Notes: generated from the letters alone by a model not told the origin. A DNA stretch of 63,538 nucleotides, filler included, from Reticulomyxa filosa (GCA_000512085.1; 14 parts of 14 records of this genome joined end to end with filler, not necessarily neighbours in it), one strand, 5' to 3'; positions 25,285 through 37,671 are shown, counted from the whole stretch's first letter. Program-made: numbers and translations.

Positions 25285-25833
25285 AAAAAGGTAGTGTTTA
25301 ATTTGGTTGAGTTTTTTCAGTTTGGCTTGATTTAAAAAAACTCACAATACACGAATCTCGTTGTGCTTTCATATCAGCCAGTTTTTTTGATATAACACTG
25401 TCCTATTGCGTTTCTTTTTTTTTATGCTCTCACAAATTGGGGACAATGCTTTTTTTGTTGTACAAAAACACAACAAATTTGACTTGTCTATACTTTTATC
25501 ACAAAAAATAAAAAAGAATCATATGGATTAATAATGTACATGTTTCATCAACGTATTGTCGGCTACAATATTGTTAATTCATTAAAAAAAGAGCTATCAC
25601 TTTTACAAATCACCAAAATGAATAACTTTAAATCTGAAAAGTCTCGAGCGTGTTTCGACATTGGCTCTAAAGATTTTGATGAACACGAAGCTGCACAAAA
25701 AGATAGGTTTAACGGCTAGAGATTAAAAAATCACTTGAAGAACTCTTATTCGCTTCAAACAAAGTCAATGTTTCTTTATTTTTATTTTTATTTTGATTTC
25801 ATTTGTTTTGTTTTGTTCTATTTAAAGGGCAAA

Positions 25834-27300
25834 TTATTGCACGATTTGTTGTACTCGAGCCATAATTGTGGGATACACGAATTTGTGTCTTCTATGGCCA
25901 GCTTGGATTATAAATAAGCTGTCACAAGTCAACTTTTCGCGGGATCCTAATTCATGATAGAAATTCCATCGCCCAACACGATATTCTAAAATGTAGGGTA
26001 ACATAAAATATATTTTTTTGTTGTAACAAGTGATATCTTTCAAAGTAATATAACACAATTTCCCGTCATACCTTTTTCAATTCGAAAGTTCATTATTCGG
26101 TACAAACGGCGTCGTGCAAATGATGCTAGATACAATATCGATTTAATCATTGTCAAGTCAACATGTTCAGAGAAAGAAAAAGAGACTAAACATTCAAAAA
26201 AGTCACTGGGAAGCAATACGACCAATCTTCCTTTGGGATTCTTATTGATGTTTTTAGCATTTTTTCATATTATACATTCACACAATAAAAACACAAATAT
26301 CTAGTATGCAGATGTTATATTTTTAGATGCCAATGAAATCAAAGAAACAGTTTTATGTCAGTAATTTGTTGTTTTTATAACACTTAACTTTTGCGATCAT
26401 CTTATGAAACAGAACAGTTATAAATATTTGTTGCAGCAGTCCGATCACAAATACAACAACAAACTCTCATAACCCAATGACGACCAAATAAACAAAGAAG
26501 ATAGAGAAAAAAAGCAATGTGTTCATTTGACGAAACTAGCAATCCAACGTACAAAGCTGGAAAGGCAACTATATAAATAAACAAAAAATAAAAAAACATA
26601 TATAAGACGGTTTTTTTTTCTACTCTTTTTTAGAAACATACATTCAAAGTCAGGATTCATAAATACACGATCATAGTTTTGACCAATGTGATCGTTAAGA
26701 ATATAATTTTCAATAAAATCCATATCAAATATGTCCGCATGAACCCACTTTGCATGCCTATTGTCGATTTTGACGATTGTCAAAAACAACAACAACAAAC
26801 GAATAAAAGCTACAAACCGAGCTAAAATTTGTCCAGCTGCATAACGTGACTTTTCTTTTTCAACAGCTAACACATGTTTCCCCGAAATGTGCATTGTGAT
26901 AGCACCGTTACCAGCCATTAAATCGGCAAAGTTTTCCTCCTCTGGTCGACGCATCGAAGCCATATATTTGCTAATTCACGACCATATAACCACAACAACA
27001 TAGAGATGCATTTTGTTTTAGTCCATTTAATGTGTCAATAAAAGCATGTCCAAATCAACAATGACAACAAAAGAAACAAGACCTCAAGGCTGGAGGCGTC
27101 TTGGCAAATACAACGCTTTCAATGAGACGTTCGACTAACTCTTCTCTGAAGTAACAGAGCAAACGGAAAGATAAAAAAAAAAAAAAAAAGGTGGAGTGTT
27201 TGTCAAAGTGGCATTTGACTAAACTTGCCGCCAGAAAAATCTAGTCCCCGTGAAACACACGTGTTTCGAAGTTCTTGAACGTCCAACTCCATAAAACGTT
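25834..27300 (-). CDS. SAP domain fused to a prokaryote-type amino-(N6-adenine/N4-cytosine) DNA methyltransferase-like domain; 5' end in the gap
   Basis: Exons 27300-27225, 27145-27083, 26970-26818, 26757-26642, 26568-26537, 26400-26389, 26240-26192, 26125-26072 and 25985-25834, all with GT-AG introns, give one open frame. SAP: FMELDVQELRNTCVSRGLDFSGGKEELVERL. MTase motifs: X (KTPP), I (DLMAGNGAI), II (AVE), III (HADIF), IV (VFMNPDF) and VI (GRLVVLLP). Confidence 0.78.
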
Positions 27301-27392
27301 CTCGTCTCTTGTTTTCAAAACAGCAAAAGGGAGAAGGAGGAAGAAGAAAGAGAAAAAAAAAAAAAAAAAAAGTAAAATAATGTAAAAAAAAA

Positions 27393-27492
27393 NNNNNNNN
27401 NNNNNNNNNNNNNNNNNNNNNNNNNNNNNNNNNNNNTTAATTAATTAANNNNNNNNNNNNNNNNNNNNNNNNNNNNNNNNNNNNNNNNNNNN
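27393..27492. other. Artificial contig spacer
   Basis: N44-TTAATTAATTAA-N44. Confidence 0.98.
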
Positions 27493-28569
27493 GTATCTTT
27501 TCAAATTCGCCCAGTCGTTTTCCGTCGCTGGTCCAAGCGCATACGGTCTTTATCATTAAAATGACAAACATATATATGTATATATATATGTATATGGTAT
27601 ATAAGATATATATACATATATACATATATAATATATAATATATATAATATATATATATATATTATATATACATATATGTACATATATATACATAACTTGA
27701 TCCGCTGATGCCGTGACGAAAATTGGCAATTGTTGCAATTTAACCTTTGGACACCAGGCAATGCCGGTAATTCTTTCCGAGTGACAGAGGATGGACTTAT
27801 GCTTGGTACCAAACTCGTCCCACAGCTCCACTCTGCCGCCCATGCAGCCCAGGGCGACCAAGAACTTGTGTTTGTGGTCGTTACAAGGGTGTTTGTCGAA
27901 CAGTCCTTGCGGCGATATCTTACACACGGTCAACGGTCGGTCGCAGGCCAACTCGCTGCTTTGCACCGAATGCTGCTTCAAACTTTGGATCAGCTCTTCG
28001 TGCTGCTCGCGTGCTTTCGACAGCGGCAACGGGTTTTCGCGCTGTCGACGCTGCGCCTCCACGCGCAGCTTCGCATTTCGCATCGAATACTTCAGGATCT
28101 TCGTGCGCACCGCTTTCAAAACGGGCAGGCCTTGGCTAAAATAAGGGCGATTTTTGTTTATTGTCTCCGACAGTTTCTTCAGGTCGGTTTGTAGTTGTTT
28201 CCGGTTCTTGCGAAATTCCGGCAGCGGCTTCGATTGCGACAGATACTGTGCCATGATTTCACGTAAGCGGTCTCGACGGTCGGATGCCTCCTCGCCAAAG
28301 TAACATACGGGCTCTTGCAGTGCTCGTAGTCTGGCCTTCACTTCCTCGTCGTCTGTTGGCACGTTCAGATTCATTTTTAGACGCTTTTGACGCATTTGCT
28401 CCAACATTTGCTCGTGTCGTTTGCTCGCTTCTAATGCCTCCTCACTCATCACCATCATCCCCCCATCTTCCACTGATGTTATGTTTATATGCCCTTCCGA
28501 ACTCTCTTCTTCCGGTAGGTGCTTCGAATCTTTCACTTCTTTCATCGGGGCATCTGTTGAGTCCGACAT
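27493..28569 (-). CDS. PRPF4: U4/U6 snRNP protein Prp4 (5' part)
   Basis: PRP4 motif VPTDDEEVKARLRALQEPVCYFGEEASDRRDRLR, then SELACDRPL and the first WD40 repeats. Confidence 0.9.
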
Positions 28570-29098
28570 TTTTTTTTTTGATTGGACAATAATAATAATG
28601 CCAAAAACTATTTAAATATAAATTATTATATCCAAAATTTTATTCAATATTTGCAACCCCTTTGTGGTCTTTTCTATTTCTTTTTTGTCTTTCTGTGCTC
28701 TTTCGAGGAAATTGGGCCATCCTCTGCAACTACGTTTATAACTGACACAGTTTTATTTTACTGTTTATTATTTTTATTCGTCTCAGCGTTAATATCTGTA
28801 TCTTCCTTACTAGTGCACAATTACAAATTTTTTAAAACAATTTCATTTTAACGTAAATTAAAATTGAAATATTTATGCATCGTGTTCATATTCTTTTACT
28901 TTTGCCTGTTTTGTGCTTTTTACTTTAACTTGAACTAGTTTTTTTTTGTTTTCATCCTATTATTGGTCAAGTGTTTAGTGTTTTGATAATGAACATGAAT
29001 AGGTGTTGTGTCACATTAAAAATGATTGAAAATACCAACATCTTCTCTTAAGTATATTATCCTACGCGAATTTGCGCTAGTTTTTTTGCACTTTGGTT

Positions 29099-29198
29099 NN
29101 NNNNNNNNNNNNNNNNNNNNNNNNNNNNNNNNNNNNNNNNNNTTAATTAATTAANNNNNNNNNNNNNNNNNNNNNNNNNNNNNNNNNNNNNNNNNNNN
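29099..29198. other. Artificial contig spacer
   Basis: N44-TTAATTAATTAA-N44. Confidence 0.98.
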
Positions 29199-29229
29199 TG
29201 CCATACGAAACCTTATTCTTGTGTAAAAC

Positions 29230-29350
29230 AAAAATTAAGTTTAAAATGACTCCCTTGACAAAAACAAAATAAAAAAAAAGATGTTCGCCGGCGAATATTT
29301 TTTTTTCATTTTCTGTTTTTCCCAAGGGAGTCATTTTAAACTTAATTTTT
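29230..29350. repeat. Hairpin element with 28-bp perfect inverted arms and a central GC palindrome (MITE-like)
   Basis: aaaaattaagtttaaaatgactcccttg (29230-29257) and its reverse complement (29323-29350); centre ttcgccggcgaa. Confidence 0.85.
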
Positions 29351-29476
29351 TATAAGTCTTATATTTGTGCTACTATTCTATATAGGTGTACTGTCTTTAT
29401 GCTTGAAACATTTTGTTTACACATAAATTACTCAATACATTTAGTATTATTGATGCAATATTTAATTGTCATTAAT

Positions 29477-29832
29477 TGATCTGTTCTGGGTCAGGTAGTA
29501 TGTGATTTAGATACTAACAAACTCATCTAGTATTCAATAATTATGCAACAGCCGTAAATTGTGTAAAATTTTTATCATATTTTTATCAAAAACATTGTCA
29601 TAATTTCATTTGCTTTTCATCTACTGACAAAATTATACGTTTTTGGGATATTGAACATAATCGACAATTTTAAGTATTTAATTGACACACTAATGCTTTT
29701 TGTGGCATTGAGTTTTCATCATTTAATGGCAATAGATATTTATGTTCTGGATCATGTGACAAAACAGTTCGTTTATTGGATGCTAAAACATCTAAATCAT
29801 TACGTATTTTCAATGGACATGAAGATTTTGTT
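29477..29832 (+). pseudogene. WD40 pseudogene fragment
   Basis: VNCVKF...STDKIIRFWDIEHNRQF*VFN*HTNAFCGIEFSSFNGNRYLCSGSCDKTVRLLD...FNGHEDFV, with in-frame stops. Confidence 0.8.
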
Positions 29833-30273
29833 CAAGATTATTTTTTTGTGTTTGTAAAAATTGTAGAAGTCAAGGGAAGGAATCATAAGTACTTTAATAA
29901 ATGCAAGCAATTATTAAACACGTTCAATTTTGTTTAGATTGTCTTGATTTAATCAATGATATATAGAATATCTGTCTGTTCTTGATCTAGTCACCCCATT
30001 CATGAAAAATTATTATTTCAATTTGATGTAATATTTTTTATTAGTCTCAATTATTGCCATTCAATATAAAGACATGTTGTATCAATTTCATTATCTAAAG
30101 AAAGTAAAGAATAGAATTAAGGATTAATTCCATTAATATCAAAACAATATATGATATGCAAATTAAATATTTGTTCTCTATAGGACTACAATGATAAATT
30201 AATGAAAAGAGAATTTTAAACACATAATTGCGCAATTCACTCTAAAATTGTTGTTATTTTTTATTTCATTTAC

Positions 30274-30373
30274 NNNNNNNNNNNNNNNNNNNNNNNNNNN
30301 NNNNNNNNNNNNNNNNNTTAATTAATTAANNNNNNNNNNNNNNNNNNNNNNNNNNNNNNNNNNNNNNNNNNNN
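30274..30373. other. Artificial contig spacer
   Basis: N44-TTAATTAATTAA-N44. Confidence 0.98.
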
Positions 30374-31049
30374 TCATTGGACAATTTTTATTCAGCACAT
30401 TTTAAAGTTTTGAAAGTACAGCCAGTTGGAACAAAATCCACGCTGTTCTCCCTTTCTTAAAATTGTGAGCTGAGGCTTTGAGGAATACCAAAGTAGATTT
30501 TGATCAGACCGGTTGATATCACAATTTTATGAATGAAATATTAAAATGTTTTTGATTATTGTTTTTATGTTTTCATTTGTTTTGCAAATTTTGATATTGA
30601 AATTTATTTTACTGTTGGTCTTTCCCCTTTGGTTGTTTAAGGATTTTGCATGAAACATGCAATTTGTTGTTTGTTGATTACTTTGTAAGACATTATATTC
30701 TGTCAAATCTGATGTATGATTTATTTTTATTTTTTTTTATTGATGTCATCTTGTATTGTCGTTGTTTATTTCTGGTTTCAGTCATATCAACCGATTAGGA
30801 TAAAAACACCTTGTCTCGGCCGTTTGGATCGCATTCGCAAGCCTTGTTATCAGCGATTGGGTTTCGGTTTTGCCAAACACAAAAGACTCTTTTTTTCTAT
30901 TGGTCTTCTTCTTGGTTTTCGATATCCATTCTTATTTTCATTTCCATTAATCTTTGTCCTTTGGCTGCATCAGTATAAGAATAATTCTTTGCTTGTTGCT
31001 GCACATATATTTAATTGTAATGAATTGATTTTTTTTTGCAATGAATTGA

Positions 31050-31415
31050 TATGCCTTCTTCAGAAATAGATCTTTGTTCCTTGTCAATTTAATACCAATC
31101 TTTTCTCTTGTTTTGCGAATCGCATCACATTACAATGAATAGACTGTATGTTTATTACGACATAAAACACATTTGGGTTTGCTTGTGTCATTTTTTTCTG
31201 CATTTGCTGACTCGTGATTTGTAAATCCTCAATACGTATATAATTTACTTTTCTTTGTACACTTATGATTGATATGGATCAATTTGTAGCATTTACTGCC
31301 TTTCTTGAAATGTGACTTTGTACTTGATTTGTTTTTATCGAATGAATATCCAATCTGAATGTCATTGTCTTTCAAATAAAATTCCTTGTTGTATTTCAGA
31401 TAGCTTGTGAGTCAT
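31050..31415 (-). mobile_element. Degenerate gag-like ORF1 (three zinc knuckles) of a non-LTR retrotransposon
   Basis: IQIGY ... KCYKLIHINHKC ... KLYTY*GFTNHES ... KPKCVLCRNKHTVYSL*CDAI, with stops and frameshifts. Confidence 0.5.
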
Positions 31416-33058
31416 GACTAGAAGCCAAAGAATAACAATAAAAACAAAAAATTTGTTGGAATGTTGAAAAAGAAAAGTTTATATTGAAAATTGTGACCGC
31501 AACTAAAGCAAGTCCAACAAGAAACTATCCCCTTCTTCCAATAACTTTTCTAAATTTTTGTTTATTGTTTTTACAAACTACTTATAAAAGTGTAAACGTA
31601 TGTCCAGTAAACCAGAAAAAATAATCACAATTTGCTACTAAAATTTTGTTAGAAACACAAAAAGTTCATATTTTAGGTCAGCTAATTTTTTTTTGTCGCA
31701 ACTGTATTTGTCCATTTCTGTGTCACCTTTCTTTTTGTACTATATTTCGATCGCCGTCTTATCTATTTAATTGAAGTGCAAAAAATTTATCTGATCTAGA
31801 TTCACAAGAAAAGTACGTTGCTATAACCACTTAAAATTAAGGCAATTCAAAAATCAGTGTTAAGTACAAAATAAACAATGCAAAAAAAGAAGCTTAAATG
31901 TTTTCTTCACATAACGAACATTGTGATTTGGCAATGCCACTTACAATTTTTGTAAAAAAAAAAATTAATTTAAACATCCTTCATCATCTAGATAAACTTT
32001 TGAAAAAAAAGTTGTATTTTGAATGAAGATAAGCACAGAACAACTAGATGCTGCAACATCTAGCAGTATCTGAAAGAAGTTCGAATTAATCTTTGATTAT
32101 TAACAACGATTTTCGTCGTCAACAAGATTGTGTCGAAAACAGAAACAAATACAAAGGTACAAAAAAATACTTTCAAGCTACTAGAAAAGAAATTTTTTTT
32201 TACTAGTTGAAACTTTCAGATATAGCTGATATTGCGATTTTGCGCGAGAGCAGACATATACAAGATAACAACACCAAAATGAACAGTCGATTAACAATAA
32301 AGAATGGCGAACAAAATTAAGTAACTTTTCTATTAAATAAGCCGAAATGGCAATATAAACATTCACATTCTTTTCTTTAATAATAAGTATTTAAATTTTA
32401 TTTTTTGTTTTAGTTTGTTTTAATTTGTTAAAAGAGGTGAATTGAATCTCAATATTTCAACACTTCGAAAACAAGGCTCATAGGATTCAGTTGAGCATTA
32501 GCATTGTTCCTGTAATTCCCCACTGATCATTCCACAGTGAAAAGCCAAATTTGTTTTCACAACCGTTAATTGATCTCGCCGTACAACCTTTGAGACTTTA
32601 TTTGTTTTTTTTTGATATTTTAAAGATTAAATTAAAACTTAAAATTTTTTTTTTCACTTGTTGTTGTCGATTTTGTGTGAGTTTTTGATATGTTTTGTTG
32701 ATCTGTGTTCCTTTTGGGACGAGGTTATCATTTTAACTTGGATAAAGTCTCATTCTTGCTAAAAAAAAATAAAAAAACAATTTTTGTAATGAGTTTCGAA
32801 TGACTCTCTTTTTTCAATTTATAACATCAACAAATCCATTTTACGTAATGAAAAAAGAATCATTTCAGTTTTTGAGTTGTAATAAATATTATTGATAGAT
32901 GTACATTCATACACAACTGGCTTAATCATGTAACATAACGACATTTTTTTTTTATCGTCTCCTACCAAAATACACAAAAACTATTTTGTTGTAATGGTTT
33001 CTTTTCAATTTTTTTGTTTGACGTTGTAGTAGTTTTGCTGAAGTTGTCTTTATTCATT

Positions 33059-33854
33059 TTAAGTTTTTGGAAATGGGATTTGATCACTCCAAGAGCACCA
33101 CTCAATGGAATATGTCTCGCCAAGAGATGACCCACAGCCAACAACCGGGACCATCTGATATTTTTTCGCATATCTCCAAGTATCTTTTAGTATCTTACCA
33201 TTCACTGCAAATCTCACCAAACGTTCATTGCAACACAAGTATACTGTCACTTTATCTCCGGTCTTCCACGTTATCTCTGCTCTTGTTTCGCCAGATAGTC
33301 CTCTTTTAAAATAAGATAAAAACAATGAAAATATTTTTTAAAATTGTGTCAATGAATTAATACTGTTAATACATTTGCCTTCATTTGAACCTGTCAAAGT
33401 CGTTGTAGACAACTGAAGAAGGACCATCAAATACAATTCTACGGCCGTGGCAATTTTCTTGTAGATTACCGTTTAAATGATGTTGGTCAATGTGCTTTGA
33501 ATTAAGCACACCAATGCATCTGCTATCTGATACACTTACACTCTCCACCACATGGATTTCCCACACGTGTGTGCCACTCCCTGATTCAAAAAATGAGTTT
33601 GCAATGGCTGAATTGGGTGCGGACAAACTTTGGTATATTGTCGAACCTTGTTCGTCAATCAAAATTATGTTGGGACCACACAAACCCCAACGCATTGCAC
33701 GGCCTCTGTACTCTACTATCAGTTCAACTATTTCTTGTGGAAGGTCTGTTCCAAATGGACTTGTTGATAACTTTTCTTTTATATCTGTTTTATCTTCTGC
33801 CACAAGCTTGTCTGTTGACAATTCATATTTTTTTGGATTTACATAGCCTTTCAT
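33059..33854 (-). CDS. SPRY/B30.2 domain protein with an F-box-like motif
   Basis: LPQEIVELIVEY, then FESGSGTHVWEIHV, RCIGVL, WKTGDKVTVYL and VRFAVNGK; one intron near 33310-33388. Confidence 0.75.
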
Positions 33855-34179
33855 TAAATTCTTCAGCTTTAACTTTTGGGGGCAACTGTATTGGAGTAAG
33901 TCGAGCAAAAGACGTAGTTTTTGAAAAATACAATATTAAAGAAAAAGATGTCAAGCTCACTATGTTGTAGAGCAATTGGTGTTTGTTAGTAAGAATAAAA
34001 CCAGCATATTATACGTGCACAGATTGCAACAATGACACTTTTACGCCTTTCAGTTGGTCTTGCCGAAGCAAAGTGTGGACGGCAAAGTCTAACAAATTTT
34101 TTGAAATCCTTGGTGCCATTTTTTTTTGTTGTCGAAGTTTCATAACCTTTGTGCTTCGATTTATACCCTGAGTTCCAGG

Positions 34180-36007
34180 ATGTCTTTCTTTTTCCAGGAT
34201 TTTTTTGGTGGCATGCCAGGACATGGCCATATGCACGACGAAGAAAACGAGGGGCCTGTTGACACAAACAAAGCTTATGAAGTTTTGGGAGTGAGCAAAA
34301 CCGCCGATGACAACGAGATTAAAAATGCGTCAAAAAAAAAGCCAGAGAGCTGCACCCTGACAGACATCCTGAAGAGCGAGAAAAATATCAGGCACACAAA
34401 ACAGTCATTTTCACGAGCTTCCTTTTTTTCTAATCAAATATCAATTTTTTTTTTAAAAGAAACTATTTCAAGAATTGCAGCATGCGTATGATGCATTGAA
34501 GGATCCTGAAAAACGCAAACTCTACGATAAGTTGGGTACTTTTCGTTTGTTAATTCCTTCGATGTTTGCGTAGTATGGACCTCGCTTTTTTTTTTTTTTG
34601 GGCGCGGAAAAAAGATACGGAGAAAAGGGCGTAAAGCAAGCCGGTCAAAGTGGAAGTGACTTGTTTGGTGGACTTTCAAACAGCAAAAAGGCGAAGAGTC
34701 AGGGCAAAAGAAGTCACCGCCTATCAAACAAATTTTAGAAGTTTCTTTGGAAGAGTTTGGTTTTTGTTCTCGTCTCTTTAGCTCACTTCATACACGACGT
34801 ATATGTCCTTTGAACAAAGCAAGCAAACATAAAAAAAAGAAATGAAACGACAAATGTTTGAATAGCCTTTACAAAGGGTCAATGAAAGAAGTGGAGATTG
34901 AGAGATATATGGTGAGTGCAAAAATAATGATTTGATTCACGTTTGGATAATGACAACGGCCATAGTGTTTATCTGTTTTGTTGCAACCGAAAACAAAAAG
35001 GAGTAACTAATGTGTCAAACAAAGATGGCATTGTGTGTGTGTGATTCGACGTTGGATGATCAGACCGGCCCGAAGACAACCAAATGCGATCGGTGTCACG
35101 GCGACGGCGTAATAACGGTCACTCAACGGATGGGTCCGATGATGTTTCAACAACGACGTGAATGTCCCAAGTGCGAAGGACAGGGACACGAATTGGACTC
35201 GACGATGGTGAAGGTGCAGGTTCACATTCCTGTTGGGGCGAAGAATGGAGAGCTTGTCACGGTCCGGGGCGAAGGACACCGTTATCCCGACCTCGCGCCC
35301 GGAGACGTGACCTTTCAATTGAAAACCTTGAAACATGAAGTATTTACAAGACAAGGCGCTGATTTGGGCATGAGTACCACTTTAACCTTGCGCGAAGCGC
35401 TCTGTGGCTATGAGTTGAAAATTCGGCACGTGAGCGGACATGTGTTAGTAGTCACACCACCCAAAGGGGCGCCTGAAATTGTACAACCTGGTTCTTTGAA
35501 GCGTGTTTTGGGATACGGAATGCCTCAAAGGTACTCACCTCATATCAAAGGGCATTTATATATTGTCATGGATATCAAGCTGCCACTGATGCGCATTTTG
35601 TCAGATGAACAAATCAAACAATTACAAAATATCTTGCCTGATCAGACTATTGACCAGCTTGCTGAAAGCAATGGTGCTCTAACTATTCTTATTTTTATTT
35701 GAAACAATTTCATAGTACTCAGTCACTCATTTCATCATTTGGTCTCAATAGACGAGAAGGAGGAAGTCAAGTCAGATCACAATAATGTCAACTCCAAGAA
35801 CGCAAAAGAGTCAGCTAAAGCCAAAAAAAGTGCCCAAAAAGACTCAGATTCAAAAAGAAAAATAGCAAGACTGAAGAAGAGGAAATCATCGAAGAAGTGC
35901 AATGCCATGAAGTTAGTGGCAAACCACAACCCACACCTGCTGCCTCGAAAGGGGTTCATGACGAAGATCAAGAAGAAGAACGTGGTGTTCCTTGTCAACA
36001 AATGTGA
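34180..36007 (+). CDS. Type I DnaJ/Hsp40 co-chaperone (DNAJA family)
   Basis: J-domain (YEVLGV, LHPD, AYDALKDPEKRKLYD), CDRCHGDG and CPKCEGQG, C-terminal LTLREALCG domain and CaaX end CQQM; 1-nt frameshifts near 34330 and 35860. Confidence 0.92.
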
Positions 36008-37671
36008 ACAGGAAGATAACATCACAAACAAACAAAAGTGAAGTGCGTTTGGGAATGAATTGCGCACTTTAATTTTTTTAAACCCAAGGAAGTCACCACA
36101 CAATGTGGTTTAATCTGGTTCGATCTCGTTCTTCTTTGTCGCAAACATCCAGCATTTTCCTTATATTTTTCACTAATTAAAAAGGAATCAATAGACATAG
36201 TTTGTGAGACTCTTAACTTTTTGAAATGGTTGTGGGTGCACGCTTTTTGTGCTTACAACACGGGCTAAACTTTTTCATCTAATGACAAATCACATAATAA
36301 ATAGAACAACATATCATATAATTCATATTATACTCCAACAATGAAATGTTTCATCAGTGCAGTACGTTCTTCTGAAACAATTCTTATACATTTGTTCACC
36401 AATTCGTGATACTGCAAACACTCATCAAGAAATGTTCGTTCTCTTCTTCCACCAAATGTAATCAAAGGAATACGACATTTTGATTTGATAAAATCAGTTG
36501 TATAATTTCTAAATAGTTGTTTAGCTTGCAAAAACAGAATTTAGACATCAAAATTTGAAACATCCCGAGTGGGACTGTGATTTTATTTGAAAAAAAATAT
36601 TTACTTGAAATTGGAAATTTCCTTGTATAAAGAAATTTGTAAATGAAAATGACAATCATTTACACTGGAACGCGCCCGTAAGCGTTTATAAATTTTTTAG
36701 CTTGTGGGATTTGTGAGAAGACTAAGTGTAATACGAAAGGAACTTAGTTCCCAAAGAACAACTTCAGTAAAAGAAAGTAAATTAAAAAAGAATAATAACA
36801 ACTAAAATGAAAGAAACAAGTACAACGAGAGAAAAGTGAGTTGTGTTGAAAAGAGAGTTTTAACCCAATGGGGGTCCCACCGTTCCGTTAGCAGTTGGGG
36901 ATTTATAATAGGGACTTCCCCTACAAGCTCCAACATACACGCCACTTGAAAATTTTTTAGTTTATCTGAAACTTGGAAAAATTAAAATGCAAATACGTAT
37001 TAACAGTACTCCGTCCCAAAAGGGTAGAGTAATATAAAAGAAAACATAAAGGAAAAGGCTAACAAAAACTTGTCAAACACACAATCAACAACAAGTGAAA
37101 GAACAAAAATTGAACGGATATCAATCAACTGTTGTGAAAACAATTTTCGACTATTCAATGAGAACTCCAGTATCATTAGTATTAACTTTTTCAAAAAGTT
37201 TTGTCTTGAAAGAGATATCTGTTCAAAGTATCTAGATACTCTAACATCTTTCAAGATTTATGGTATTTAAAAAAAAGATTACTTGTATATCGTCGCAAGA
37301 ATTTTCGAAGAAAATCTTTGAAGAAATATACAATTGAAATTATCATTGAAAAAATTGTATTCATTATTGACTTCAATTGATTTTCTTTGAATGACATTGT
37401 AAAATCATTTGTGATATTAAACAACTAATTTGACTGTCTATTATTACGTAGAATGATTGTAGGAAAATAGACATTTTGGATGAAGTGGAAGCATTTGCTT
37501 TTACGAAAAGTAAAAAATTTAGTAAATCAAGTGAAAAAAATTAAATATAAAAGCAGAATTGATCAATGATTGTCACAATATCAAATATGCTTATAGATCA
37601 ATGAATACTTATGTTGTTCATATTTATTACGTGGTATACAAAGAAGTTCGTTTAAGAAAAAAACAAAATTA

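Noticed and set aside
36860-36945. GC-richer island with short hairpins (also 49990-50080), possible ncRNA
   Set aside because: No tRNA, snRNA or snoRNA hallmarks recognisable by eye; needs an Rfam search.
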